The notes below the pieces were generated by a model. The model did not search any database. It saw only the letters and a program-made list of their open reading frames with translations, and was not told where the DNA came from. A stretch of 53,796 nucleotides of DNA, from positions 1 through 53,796 of the IMG/VR virus record IMGVR_UViG_3300044820_000029. One strand, given 5' to 3'. The DNA is from a virus. Lineage: Duplodnaviria; Caudoviricetes. This document shows positions 25,016 to 34,317 of the stretch, one piece after another. The position numbers were made by a program, and so were the translations under genes. Position 1 is the stretch's first letter; the number at the start of each line of letters is the position of its first letter.

Positions 25016-27129
25016 CGCGACGCCCTCAAATATCCGGGGGAGGTCGACTTGGTCTGCGAAATCGCGGCCACAGCTTCGCGCACGGCTTGATCTTTGGTGC
25101 GGGCCATCTCTTGCCGCATACGCGATTCGCTACCGGGGTCGGCGTTGTTGAAGGTGTTGTTTTGTACGATCGTGACGGCCGGGGCGGTGTTGCTGTTCGC
25201 TGCTGTCATCCGACCGAACGCAGGCGCCGGCGCGACCAGTCCGCCGTCCGCATACCCGCGCAGGCTATTCAGCGCGCCAACGCCAATTCGACGCGTAGTC
25301 GCGGCGTCGATGACGTATTCGCCGCGGTGAACGATGCCGGCCGGCTCGTATTTGCCGCCGTTGCCGGTATAGCCGCCGCCGGCGAAACCGATTTTCGGCA
25401 TGGCGTCGTAAGGATTGGCTTGCGACCATACGCTGCCACCGAACAGCCCGCCCAAAAGGCTGCTGCCAAGGCTCCCTAAAGCCTTTTGCCAAAGCCCGTC
25501 GACCGCCATTTTCATCAACTTGTCGGAAATCGAGCCGAGCGCGGACAGGCCGGCGTTGGCGAACGCTTTCCACACACCCTGACCATTGCGTAGGTTTTGG
25601 TTGAACGACTGCATCAACGATTGCGTGGTGTCGTAGGCGAACCGCAGATTGTCCACGCGCTGCGCAGCCTGCCCGAGCGCTTCGGCTTCACGCTGAATTT
25701 CGGCGATGTTGCCGGGTTCTAACAGTTGATGGTCGCGCTTGGCTTGGTTCAGTCTGTTTTGCACCGCAGTGTATTCCGCAGTGGCACCCGCCGACATGCC
25801 AATTGTCGCCAGTTCGGTGCCGTAGGCGTCCGTCTGCGCTTTCAATTGCATCGTGCCGAGCGCTTGCTGGCGAGCGAGTTCTTTCAAGCTGGCGGCTTCT
25901 GCCGTGCTGATGCTGACGCCGGACAGCCGCGCTTGCTGGATCTGCAATTCAACGGCGCGCACCGACTGCTGCACCGTGGCAGTTTGCCCGAGAATGCCGA
26001 TCCGCTGTTGTTCAAGCGCGATCTGGCGCTGTAGGGCTTGGGGGTCGACCGTGCCTTTACCGCCGAAATTTTCCGTGCCGGTTGACGACGCGCCGACAGT
26101 TATCCGGGTCGGAGCGGCAGCGGACGGCGCACCCGCCATCGCGCGGGTGAAGTCGCCGGCCTTGCCGATTAGCTTGTCGATCCAATCGTATGCGCTAAGG
26201 GTCCAGTCCTTCATTTTGTTGGATACGGACGTGGTCGCGCTATTCCACTTTTCGTCAAATTCACGCGCCCGCGCGACCAGTTGTCCAGCGGCGCTATTGT
26301 TGAATTTCTCTGCTTCGGCGACGGCCTTTTTAATCCCGGCGGCGCCGGAATCGAGCAACCGCACCCATTCCATGGTCGGCGGCAAACCCATCTGCTGCAA
26401 CAACTGCAATTTTTGCTGGTAACTGCCCGCGTTCTTGATCAGTTCAGCGGCGGTGCTGAGATAGCCGGTAAAGTCGGACGCGCTCTTGCCGTTCGCGCGC
26501 ATCACGTCCGCCAGCCCGCCCATATTGTTCTTGGCCTGGTAAACCTGCGCGCTGAAACTGGACATGCCCTTGGCGAAATCGTCGCCGCTGATTCCCTTGA
26601 TGGACGCCGCAGTCTGCAGTGCGCGCATCATGCCGATCGTCGTGCCGGCTGAACGGCTCAAATCGTCCAGTGCGAGCAAATCGGCTTTTAGCGACGAATA
26701 CATATAGTAGCCGGCGACACCGACACCGGTCACACCAGCCGCCAGTAGCCGCATCGGGGTGATCACCGACGCGATGCCTGAACCGATTTGTTTCAGCGCA
26801 CCACCGACCGTGCCGGTCTTGGACGATGAAAAGATGTCCGCGACTTGCGTGCCTTGCTGCGCCAGCACTATGAACGGCGACTGACCGGACACCAGCGAAA
26901 CGCCGACGTCCTGGATTTGTCGGCCCAAATTGATCATTTCGAACCGGGCGAGCTGGCCGGTCTTTTGAAATTGCTGCAGCGCCTTGCCGGATTTCGCCGA
27001 AGCGTTTTCCAGGTTCGCGGCGGCGCGTGCGGCCGGTGTTGCCGACGCCGAGAATTCGTCAAGCGCACGCTTCGCAGCGGTCGCGCCGCTGCTATCGATC
27101 GATAAACCAAGGCGGGCAATATCGGTCAT
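25012..27129 (-). CDS. Tail tape measure protein
   Basis: QIQDVGVSLVSGQSPFIVLAQQGTQ and FAGGGYTG..GKYEPAGIVHRGEYV. Confidence 0.93.
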   Translation of the reverse strand: MTDIARLGLSIDSSGATAAKRALDEFSASATPAARAAANLENASAKSGKALQQFQKTGQLARFEMINLGRQIQDVGVSLVSGQSPFIVLAQQGTQVADIFSSSKTGTVGGALKQIGSGIASVITPMRLLAAGVTGVGVAGYYMYSSLKADLLALDDLSRSAGTTIGMMRALQTAASIKGISGDDFAKGMSSFSAQVYQAKNNMGGLADVMRANGKSASDFTGYLSTAAELIKNAGSYQQKLQLLQQMGLPPTMEWVRLLDSGAAGIKKAVAEAEKFNNSAAGQLVARAREFDEKWNSATTSVSNKMKDWTLSAYDWIDKLIGKAGDFTRAMAGAPSAAAPTRITVGASSTGTENFGGKGTVDPQALQRQIALEQQRIGILGQTATVQQSVRAVELQIQQARLSGVSISTAEAASLKELARQQALGTMQLKAQTDAYGTELATIGMSAGATAEYTAVQNRLNQAKRDHQLLEPGNIAEIQREAEALGQAAQRVDNLRFAYDTTQSLMQSFNQNLRNGQGVWKAFANAGLSALGSISDKLMKMAVDGLWQKALGSLGSSLLGGLFGGSVWSQANPYDAMPKIGFAGGGYTGNGGKYEPAGIVHRGEYVIDAATTRRIGVGALNSLRGYADGGLVAPAPAFGRMTAANSNTAPAVTIVQNNTFNNADPGSESRMRQEMARTKDQAVREAVAAISQTKSTSPGYLRASR

Positions 27130-27664
27130 GACGAAAACCAACTCCGGAACAATTCAGGCGTCAGAGGCGCCTTACTGGTCGGCTCCGAACCGAAAACCGC
27201 TTCCAAAATCGTTTTGGCGAACCGATACCGACTGTTCAGCGCCATTTCGATTTCGACCAAAAGCGTTTCCAGCGTTTGTTCCGAGGTCCAGCCCAGCACA
27301 CCCATTCCGTCAGCGTGGAGTCGATCCAGCCATTCGGAATGGGTTAGGATTCCCCCGTGTCGTCGCCCTCCGCGCCGGGCGGCAGCAAGTCCGGATCACG
27401 CCCGCCGTTTTTGAGCGACTTCACGAACTTGGTGAGCGGTTCGTTCAAATCGTCCAGACCGACGTCGAACACCTTCGCTTCGACGTCCTCGGGCTTCTTG
27501 CCAAGCCCGGCCGCGACCAGCGCGACGTAGGTGGCGAAGTCCTGCGCGACCAGCCGTTGCAACTGATCGAAATACGATCCGCACGTCGCGTTGACCCGCT
27601 TGGCTGCGGCAAGGCTGGTGCGGAGAGTGCCGATACCGGGAACGTCTACGGTATACCCGCTCAC
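27126..27664 (-). CDS. Tail assembly chaperone gpG (27344..27664) and gpGT via -1 frameshift at GGGGGAA (27356-27350)
   Basis: The -1 frame reads GILTHSEWLDRL..GVLGWTSEQTL.. and stops overlapping the TMP start. Confidence 0.8.
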
Positions 27665-28065
27665 AGCGTCACCCCGAGAACGTGCGGTTTGATGTCCAGC
27701 ACGGTCGTCGACAGCGCGGCTCCGATAATGATCACGTCGTCACCCGTGGTCAGATCGGCTTGCGGACAGATCGCGCCGGCGATGTTGGCGACGGCATAGG
27801 TGGTGCCCTTGACCAAGGTTGCGCCGATCGTCACCTGACCGAGCTTGGCGACAGTGACGGGCTGACCGGTCGACGCGGCGTTGAGCGCGACGCCATAGAA
27901 GTCCTTGGCGCCGGCGAGGTTGGCGTCGGACAGCTTGAACAAGCCGGTCGCGGCTTCCTTGTAGACCGGTTGGCCCTGAGTGATCGCGACGCCGGCGGTG
28001 CCGGTTTCCAGGGTCGCGGTGCCGCCCGCAAGGACGTTCGCTGCGGTAATGGTGAGATTTGCCAT
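27661..28065 (-). CDS. Virion decoration / cement-like beta-rich protein
   Basis: AGVAITQGQPVY, GVALNAASTGQPV; lies between tail tube and chaperone. Confidence 0.7.
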   Translation of the reverse strand: MANLTITAANVLAGGTATLETGTAGVAITQGQPVYKEAATGLFKLSDANLAGAKDFYGVALNAASTGQPVTVAKLGQVTIGATLVKGTTYAVANIAGAICPQADLTTGDDVIIIGAALSTTVLDIKPHVLGVTL

Positions 28066-28068
28066 GGC

Positions 28069-28521
28069 TTACACCGTCACAATGTTGGAGTTCAGTTCGA
28101 GGTTGACCGACAGCATCAGGATGGTGTTGGCCTCGCCGCCGGCGGTTTCGGTGCTGGTCGCCAGCGCGATGAAATAGTCGGTCGTGCCGTTCTGCCACGC
28201 GATCTTAAAAGCGTAGTTCGACTTGTTGCCGCCCGCCGCCGCGGCGCGCACGGCGATCTGCCCGGCATCGCTGGTGATGATCGCGAATTCGTTCTGCATC
28301 GAACCGGCGTTCGACGTGCCCTTTTGCTTGAGGTCGCGACCGCGGTTGATCAGGCTGGTGGTGATCACCTGCGCCGAGTCACCGATCTTGCCGGCCGATT
28401 TCCAACCGTCGATTTCGGTCCACGATTGACCGGAATAGTCGGACGCGACGAAGTCCGTCGCCTTGTCGGCGAGCACGCCGCCGATGTAAATTTTGCTGCC
28501 TGCTACGGGATAAAGCGCCAC
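28069..28521 (-). CDS. Tail tube (major tail) protein
   Basis: AGSKIYIG, WTEI, KQKGTSNAGSM, DAGQ; AGGAG RBS. Confidence 0.85.
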   Translation of the reverse strand: MALYPVAGSKIYIGGVLADKATDFVASDYSGQSWTEIDGWKSAGKIGDSAQVITTSLINRGRDLKQKGTSNAGSMQNEFAIITSDAGQIAVRAAAAGGNKSNYAFKIAWQNGTTDYFIALATSTETAGGEANTILMLSVNLELNSNIVTV

Positions 28522-28533
28522 GGTTGGACTCCT

Positions 28534-28953
28534 TTACTTTACAAAAGCCCGGTAGCGAATCGATACCGGCGTGCGGGTGGTTGCGTTGTCGTTGTCGGGA
28601 AACAGCGGCGCGATCGACGGCGTGTCATAAATCGCGCAGTTGGCGAGTTGCAGGTTGCGCGGAAACCACGCGGCGACCGCGCCTGCAATCTCGACAGGCT
28701 TCATCACGCCCGCGCCGTTCGGGTAAACGACAGTTACTTGCAACAGCCCAACGTGTTCGTCATAGGCCGAAATGCCAATTGCGGACGTCGCGGCGGGCAG
28801 GAAACTCGCTTCCAACCACGGCCCGGTCGTCGGCTTGACGAACGGCGCGGGCGGGTCGGGATATGAAACGGGCAGGGGCGGCGACAGGACAAGCGCGGCC
28901 AATCGCTGAAACAGCGACTCGGCGATCTTCGCATCTGTCCCGACTGCGGCCAT
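28534..28953 (-). CDS. Tail terminator-like protein (DUF4128)
   Basis: GLLQVTVVYPNGAG, PVSIRYRA; upstream of the tail tube. Confidence 0.8.
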   Translation of the reverse strand: MAAVGTDAKIAESLFQRLAALVLSPPLPVSYPDPPAPFVKPTTGPWLEASFLPAATSAIGISAYDEHVGLLQVTVVYPNGAGVMKPVEIAGAVAAWFPRNLQLANCAIYDTPSIAPLFPDNDNATTRTPVSIRYRAFVK

Positions 28954-29045
28954 GTGACGAAGGTAGGGGAAGCGCGGTTAAAAATTCGTGGTTGACAGTG
29001 AACCCGGCCGGTGTAGGGTGTCAGCGAACAGGGCAGGAGCGGACC

Positions 29046-29231
29046 ATGACGACCGACCGCAAAGACCGATATCAGTTGGCGTTGTGCTGCCTAAAGCATA
29101 CGGTTAAGACTCTGTCGCACACCGGCGAATTCGATATCCGGATCGTCGGACCCGGAATTTCCGCGCCGATCATGTCGGTTGAGGATTTGACGGAATTGCT
29201 GACCGAGGCGGTCGGACGTCCACCTATTTAG
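29046..29231 (+). CDS. Small counter-oriented moron protein
   Basis: Own promoter (TTGACA-16-TAGGGT from 28992) and AGGAG RBS. Confidence 0.7.
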   Translation: MTTDRKDRYQLALCCLKHTVKTLSHTGEFDIRIVGPGISAPIMSVEDLTELLTEAVGRPPI

Positions 29232-29628
29232 GTACTTCGCCCGCCGCCTTGTTCACCACCGCGTTGAACTCGGCGATGGTCGTGCGGACCATGCCGGCCG
29301 GCGCCTGCTTTGAGTGTCCGTACTCGAGGGGTCTGGCGTAGCTCAGATTGTTGACCAGGTAAATCGTCTGTCCGGCTTCCAGCCCGAGCACCGCGGCTTG
29401 CACGCGCGACATGGTGGCGGTGCCGTCTTTGTCGTTGATTTCCAGAACGCCCGTCGGCATTGACCCAATCGCGACTTGCCAATTCCCGCGCGCACGCCCT
29501 GTTAGGACCGGAGTTTTCATCACGACACGCCGGAACATGTCTAACGCGATCTTGCGGACGACCAGATCGACGTTGCCCTTAGCTCGCGCAACGAATTCCG
29601 CGATCTGAACTTCGAACACACCGGACAT
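29224..29628 (-). CDS. HK97 gp10-like neck / tail completion protein
   Basis: TPVLTGRARGNW, NNLSYARPLEYGHSKQAPAGMV. Confidence 0.88.
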   Translation of the reverse strand: MSGVFEVQIAEFVARAKGNVDLVVRKIALDMFRRVVMKTPVLTGRARGNWQVAIGSMPTGVLEINDKDGTATMSRVQAAVLGLEAGQTIYLVNNLSYARPLEYGHSKQAPAGMVRTTIAEFNAVVNKAAGEVPK

Positions 29629-30412
29629 GCTGACCCACCGCCGCGCGAATGCGGTTCTTACAATCGGCCGGTTGCATTAAAATTTCCGTTTCGGTCAGGT
29701 GCAACACCGTCCAGCCGAGCGCTTCTAGGTGTGCGTCGCGCTCGGCTTCTTTGACCTTGTCTTGGTGCCAGCGTTCGCCGTCGGCTTCCACGATCAGACT
29801 GTGTTCCGGAATGGAAAAGTCAGGCCACTTGGAGCCGATCCGAACGTTGTAATTGTAAGCCAAGCCGAGCGAACCAAGCATTCGCGCCACAATGCGTTCG
29901 ATTTGCGTGTAACCGCGACCCTTCGTCTTTTTGGCAAGAATGGCATTCGGGTGCTTGCTCGGATTAGCGCGATAAAATTCTTTCATCCGCTTTGAGTGCG
30001 CGGGGTTTGATCGCCCTGCGTACAATTCAGATAGTCTCGCAGCTTTCGCAGCGAGTTCCGGACATGTTTCTTTCGTTTTCCCCTTCCACCATCCGTGTCC
30101 TTTTGCGAGCGATCGTAACTGCGTTTCTGTAGCCGGACGGCCTTTCTGCGTTGCTGACACTTTTTGCGAGACGATCATCAGGCTCGGGTGCGTGTCCTTG
30201 GTCATGCCTTTTGACCAACCTGGACGCCCTGTCATGGCTTCGCGCATCGTTTCGGCGATCTTCGCCATGCGCGGGTCGTCGTGCTTCGTCAGACCTTGAT
30301 TCCACGTACTGCACTTGCGCGAGCACCAGCGAGCACTATCCCACTGTTTGGCACTGTATTTCTTGTTTCGGGTAAAGGGTTTACCGCAGCGTTGGCACGA
30401 CTTGGATTCCAT
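29579..30412 (-). CDS. Homing endonuclease, Vsr/DUF559-like nuclease with Zn finger and WxKGxTK repeats
   Basis: CQRC..CSRKC, three W.(K/Q)G.TK repeats, PDF...VEADGERWH...RDAHLEALGWTVLHL. Confidence 0.82.
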   Translation of the reverse strand: MESKSCQRCGKPFTRNKKYSAKQWDSARWCSRKCSTWNQGLTKHDDPRMAKIAETMREAMTGRPGWSKGMTKDTHPSLMIVSQKVSATQKGRPATETQLRSLAKGHGWWKGKTKETCPELAAKAARLSELYAGRSNPAHSKRMKEFYRANPSKHPNAILAKKTKGRGYTQIERIVARMLGSLGLAYNYNVRIGSKWPDFSIPEHSLIVEADGERWHQDKVKEAERDAHLEALGWTVLHLTETEILMQPADCKNRIRAAVGQHVRCVRSSDRGIRCAS

Positions 30413-30447
30413 CCCGCCAAACTATCAACAGACCAGTTTACTGTCAA

Positions 30448-30804
30448 CTACTTCCGAACCTGACAATCGAACAACACGACCACGCCGGCCGGCTGCAGCG
30501 GCTTCACGTCCAGAACGTCCCGATCGCCAACCTTGTCCTGCGGCAACAGCGACGCCAGTGCGCCGGCGTTGGTCGCGACCAGCCACCGTTCGGCATTGGC
30601 GAGCACGCCACCGGCCTGAATTTGCTTCATGGTGTATTCGACCCGGACGGCGAACGTGTTGGTCGTGGCGGTCGTCCCATCGCCCGGATCCCACGCCGGC
30701 CCGGTGCCGGGCGCGGTCCGCGTGATGACGACGGACTGGCCGAATTCTTGAATGAGTTCGTCCGCGTCGGCTCGGGATTCGATGTAATCGAAGGGGTCAG
30801 CCAT
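30448..30804 (-). CDS. Head closure / head-tail joining protein
   Basis: ADELIQEFGQ, PLQPAGVVVLFDCQVR. Confidence 0.8.
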   Translation of the reverse strand: MADPFDYIESRADADELIQEFGQSVVITRTAPGTGPAWDPGDGTTATTNTFAVRVEYTMKQIQAGGVLANAERWLVATNAGALASLLPQDKVGDRDVLDVKPLQPAGVVVLFDCQVRK

Positions 30805-30976
30805 CCAATTGCTCGCGTAGTTCGCAGACAGTCATGGCAGGGTCCAAGTCCTCAAGGAACAACAGAAGATGGCGTCGGGTAATTTCAATGTCGCGCGCAT
30901 CCGCTGCCTGGTGCTCGCCGCGACGTTTCCCGGTTGCCAACTCGAGTGCCTCATTGACTTCGGCGTAATCAACCAC
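30797..30976 (-). CDS. Small hypothetical protein (59 aa)
   Basis: MVDYAEVNEALEL...; overlaps both neighbours by 8 nt. Confidence 0.55.
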   Translation of the reverse strand: MVDYAEVNEALELATGKRRGEHQAADARDIEITRRHLLLFLEDLDPAMTVCELREQLDG

Positions 30977-31175
30977 CGGACGGGACTTCCTTGACCACGA
31001 TGTACCGGGTGGACGTCAGATAAACCGACGACGACGTCATAGCGGTCGGGTAATCCAGCCGTTCCGTGAACGCGAGTTTGTCGGGTTCACCTTCCGGATA
31101 ACCCTTGTCCCACACCTGCACTTCGACCTTGTAGTCGGCAGTGTCGGCATTTTCGATTCGAACGTGCTTGGTCAT
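30969..31175 (-). CDS. Hypothetical protein
   Basis: AGGA RBS; MTKHVRIENADT... Confidence 0.7.
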   Translation of the reverse strand: MTKHVRIENADTADYKVEVQVWDKGYPEGEPDKLAFTERLDYPTAMTSSSVYLTSTRYIVVKEVPSGG

Positions 31176-31183
31176 GTCGGTTC

Positions 31184-31264
31184 CTATTTAAAAGCGGTTA
31201 CGATCCAAACGGCGAACACTATTCCGCCGATAATTCCAAGGACGGGAGGTAGGTATTTTTCCAT
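31184..31264 (-). CDS. Micro TM peptide (26 aa)
   Basis: MEKYLPPVLGIIGGIVFAVWIVTAFK; TGATG-coupled. Confidence 0.5.
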   Translation of the reverse strand: MEKYLPPVLGIIGGIVFAVWIVTAFK

Positions 31265-31809
31265 CACGCCCGCACCAACCGAACGTTGCCCTGCGACTGC
31301 ACCAGCCCGCGCAACAGGTTTTCGATTGGCAGATACCGATCGACCGCCGGCGCACCGTCCATATAGGTGATCGACTTCTGCAGCGGGCCGACGCCCTTGG
31401 AAATCGATTTGATCTGCCCCCCGCGCACCAGCGTCGGCTCGAGCGTGGCGCCGCCCAGCGACAGTAAGGCCGCTTCCATCGCTGCGCGCTTGATCTGCGT
31501 GGGCACCACATCGGACGGAATTTGAAAATTGTCCTGATCGTAAAGCACGCCGACGCCGGGGTCGAAGAACGTTCCGCGCTGTGCCGTCCGCGGCCACGCC
31601 AACGCCTGTGCCTGCGTGGTGCGCGAGCCGACCCACCGGCCGTTATACGCGCGGTCCAGATAGGCCGTTCCAACCCGTGCGGCGATTTCTTTGACCGCGT
31701 CGGCGCCCGTCCAGGCGGTCACGCCGCGGCCGGTGAAATACGCGTCGGCTTCGGCGATTGTGAAATAAGAGTCGGCGTCTGCGGCGGCGACGGTTGCGTT
31801 CAGAGTCAT
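31264..31809 (-). CDS. Head-tail adaptor (DnaT-like family)
   Basis: ADSYFTIAEADAYF, QALAWPR, VPTQIKRAAMEAA. Confidence 0.85.
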   Translation of the reverse strand: MTLNATVAAADADSYFTIAEADAYFTGRGVTAWTGADAVKEIAARVGTAYLDRAYNGRWVGSRTTQAQALAWPRTAQRGTFFDPGVGVLYDQDNFQIPSDVVPTQIKRAAMEAALLSLGGATLEPTLVRGGQIKSISKGVGPLQKSITYMDGAPAVDRYLPIENLLRGLVQSQGNVRLVRA

Positions 31810-31952
31810 TTTCCGTCACCGCCGGGGTTGCATGTCATCCATTCCTCGATTTCACATTCATCTGCAAAATCGAATTCTTCGATATCGATCATATACGACC
31901 GCGAACGCCGACGACGTATCCGACACCTACGACGGTGTCGGGTCGTAATCAT
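31806..31952 (-). CDS. Small basic/acidic bipolar peptide (48 aa)
   Basis: ATGA overlaps at both ends; Arg-rich half followed by an Asp/Glu-rich half. Confidence 0.5.
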   Translation of the reverse strand: MITTRHRRRCRIRRRRSRSYMIDIEEFDFADECEIEEWMTCNPGGDGK

Positions 31953-32254
31953 GTCTTACGCTTTGCCAGTTCGGCGCGAATCACGTCGCGGGCCTGGTCC
32001 GCATTCTCGACAGACCGACCGCCGACAGCCGCGGCAATGGACTTGAGGCGGGTGCCGTGCATCGATTCCCAATCCGGCGGCAGATTGTCCAAAGGGTCGG
32101 CGGAAACCGGCGGAGGCGGCGGCGCGAACGGGGCGGGCGGCGGCGGAATGTCGACATACGGCACGTGCACCGCCGCGTCGAAATCCGACTCGTTGATGAT
32201 CGCGTAACTGTCGCCGCTTTTGACTTTGACGGTCGGTAGGCGTTCTTCTGACAT
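31949..32254 (-). CDS. Hypothetical capsid-adjacent protein
   Basis: AAGGA RBS; IINESDFD..H motif and Pro-rich linker. Confidence 0.75.
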   Translation of the reverse strand: MSEERLPTVKVKSGDSYAIINESDFDAAVHVPYVDIPPPPAPFAPPPPPVSADPLDNLPPDWESMHGTRLKSIAAAVGGRSVENADQARDVIRAELAKRKT

Positions 32255-32278
32255 CGTGTGTCCTTCTGCGCTTTATGA

Positions 32279-32306
32279 GTGGCACCGGGCGAAAACCCGA
32301 TGCCAC
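32279..32306 (-). terminator. Hairpin downstream of the major capsid gene
   Basis: GTGGCATCGGG-loop-CCCGGTGCCAC; no clear U-tract. Confidence 0.5.
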
Positions 32307-32328
32307 CTTAAAACGTAGCGGTTGATTG

Positions 32329-33456
32329 TCAACCGAGAACGATAGCGACGAACTCGCCGTTGATCGTCTTGAAGCCCCAGGCCAGATGCAGTTCCCAGGT
32401 GAGCTGACCGTACTGGGCGATCTGCAGCATGAGGTAGGTCATGCCGAAATCGTCCGAAATCAACTGCTGCTGGATCGTCGGGTTCGCCGGGATCAGCGGC
32501 GGACGGATGACGCCGACGCAGGCGGACCGTTCGAACGCAAGGTTGGCGGTGTAGGTGCCGCCAACAGTGATTGCGGCGTTGTCGGCCGACGCGATACGCA
32601 GACCGGGGGTGCCGATGCCGAGGGTGGTCGACGCCAGCGCGGTGTTGACGACGTACTTGTTGGTGTCCGACGCGAAGGTGATGACGTCGCCGGCAAGCAC
32701 GGTGCCCGAACCGGTGTCCACGGTGATCGTGGTATCGCCGATCGCCGCCGATGCGTTGTTCACCAGGTAGCCCGAACCGGTGCCGGCGGTGTGCTTCGCG
32801 ATGCCGGCCGATTCGTGGATGGAGAAACCGAACTGCGGCAAGAACTTACCGGTCCGGCGTTCCTGCTCACTGCCAGCGAGATAGGCTTGCTGGAAAATGG
32901 ACAGATTGCGCAGGTTCAGGCCGGCAGAGCTGTCGCCGACGAACTGCAGATCGGCCAGCGGCGCACCGTTGTCCTGCAGGATCTTGCGGGCGTTGCTCAG
33001 AACCGACAGGTCCGAAGCAAACGGGGTGGTGCCGGCGGTGCCGTAGGCACGGGACGCGCCGATCTTGAGCGCCACCGCGGCGTCAACTTCGGCTTCGTTG
33101 CGCAGCGTACGCATGCCCTGCGAAACGAGCTGCTTCACCCAATCCTGGTTGATGGTGGCATTCTGCAGCGAGCGAATCTGCTCGCCAGTCAGATGCCACG
33201 ACACCTTGCGGGACTTGGTGATCTGCACGTCGATCTTCGAACCGGTCGAATCGGCGCCGGCGGTGCTCGCCGCAGCGGGGGTGAAGTCGGACGCGGCGCG
33301 GACCGGCGCAACGTCGACGGAAACGGTATCACCCTTCGCCACGCCCTTGTCATCGAACGACGTGTTGATGGCGCCGACGACGCCGAACGGTTCCTGTGCG
33401 ACCACCTTCGCGGCCGAAAAAAGGGTAGGCGCGAGCGCCGTAAACGTATTGGACAT
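32329..33456 (-). CDS. Major capsid protein (P22 coat-like family)
   Basis: 375 aa after the scaffold; AYGTAGTTPF, ARKILQDNGAP, WELHLAWG. Confidence 0.88.
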   Translation of the reverse strand: MSNTFTALAPTLFSAAKVVAQEPFGVVGAINTSFDDKGVAKGDTVSVDVAPVRAASDFTPAAASTAGADSTGSKIDVQITKSRKVSWHLTGEQIRSLQNATINQDWVKQLVSQGMRTLRNEAEVDAAVALKIGASRAYGTAGTTPFASDLSVLSNARKILQDNGAPLADLQFVGDSSAGLNLRNLSIFQQAYLAGSEQERRTGKFLPQFGFSIHESAGIAKHTAGTGSGYLVNNASAAIGDTTITVDTGSGTVLAGDVITFASDTNKYVVNTALASTTLGIGTPGLRIASADNAAITVGGTYTANLAFERSACVGVIRPPLIPANPTIQQQLISDDFGMTYLMLQIAQYGQLTWELHLAWGFKTINGEFVAIVLG

Positions 33457-33496
33457 TTCAGACTCCGGGTGCGCGCCTACTCACTGTGGCGCGGGG

Positions 33497-34267
33497 TTAA
33501 TCGATCAGTTTGACTCCGGGCTTTGCCATCGCAGCCGCCCGTTCTTTCGGCGACATTGCGGTCAGCTCGGCTTGCGTAATCGTCAGACCGGATCCCCCGG
33601 TACCTTCACGCGGCGACTTCCCGCCACCGCCTGCACCCGAACCTTCAAACAGTTCGGGGAAACTCTTGACGGTCTCTTTCACAAGATCGTCGAACGTGGC
33701 GTGTCCGCCTTCGCCGGTCCCGACCAACGGCGTCCGGCCGTCGGCAGCGAGAACGGTAAAACGAAATTCGCCGTCTGCGAATTCAGTCTTGACCCGTTCA
33801 CCTAAAATTTTCGTCAACAATTGCTGACCCGACGCGGTCGCCTTCGCCTTGGCGAGCGACTGTGCAAGCCCGGCGTCAACGATCGCCTTGCGCGCCGCGC
33901 TGACCGCGGTGTCGCGCTCGCCGGCGATGGTGGTCTTTTCGGCGGTGAACTTGTCCTCGAGCTGCTTACGGATGCCATCGAAGTCGCCGGCCTTGCGCGC
34001 CAGTTCTTCGGCGTCCTTGGTCGCCTTGCTGACCAGTTCGGAAATTTCTTCCGGCGACTTGCCGATCGATTCCCAGCCCTTGATTTTCTTTTCCAGGGCA
34101 GCGCGCGTGCCGCGCTCGGAAGCGACAGCCGATTTCAGGCCGGCAACGAACGGCAGCGCATCGCCGTTGTTCAGGTTGAGGTAAAACTTTCCTTCCTTTT
34201 CGACGTATTCGCCGCGAAGGGCTTCGGAAACGGATTCGAGTGAGTCAACAACAGCTTCAAGTGCCAT
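33497..34267 (-). CDS. Capsid scaffolding protein
   Basis: VDSLESV...YVEKEGKFYL, coiled coil, LFEGSGAGGGG. Confidence 0.82.
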   Translation of the reverse strand: MALEAVVDSLESVSEALRGEYVEKEGKFYLNLNNGDALPFVAGLKSAVASERGTRAALEKKIKGWESIGKSPEEISELVSKATKDAEELARKAGDFDGIRKQLEDKFTAEKTTIAGERDTAVSAARKAIVDAGLAQSLAKAKATASGQQLLTKILGERVKTEFADGEFRFTVLAADGRTPLVGTGEGGHATFDDLVKETVKSFPELFEGSGAGGGGKSPREGTGGSGLTITQAELTAMSPKERAAAMAKPGVKLID

Positions 34268-34317
34268 GGGTAAGCATCCCGCTTTTAGTTACGCCGGTAT
34301 CCCACCGGCAGGGTCGT

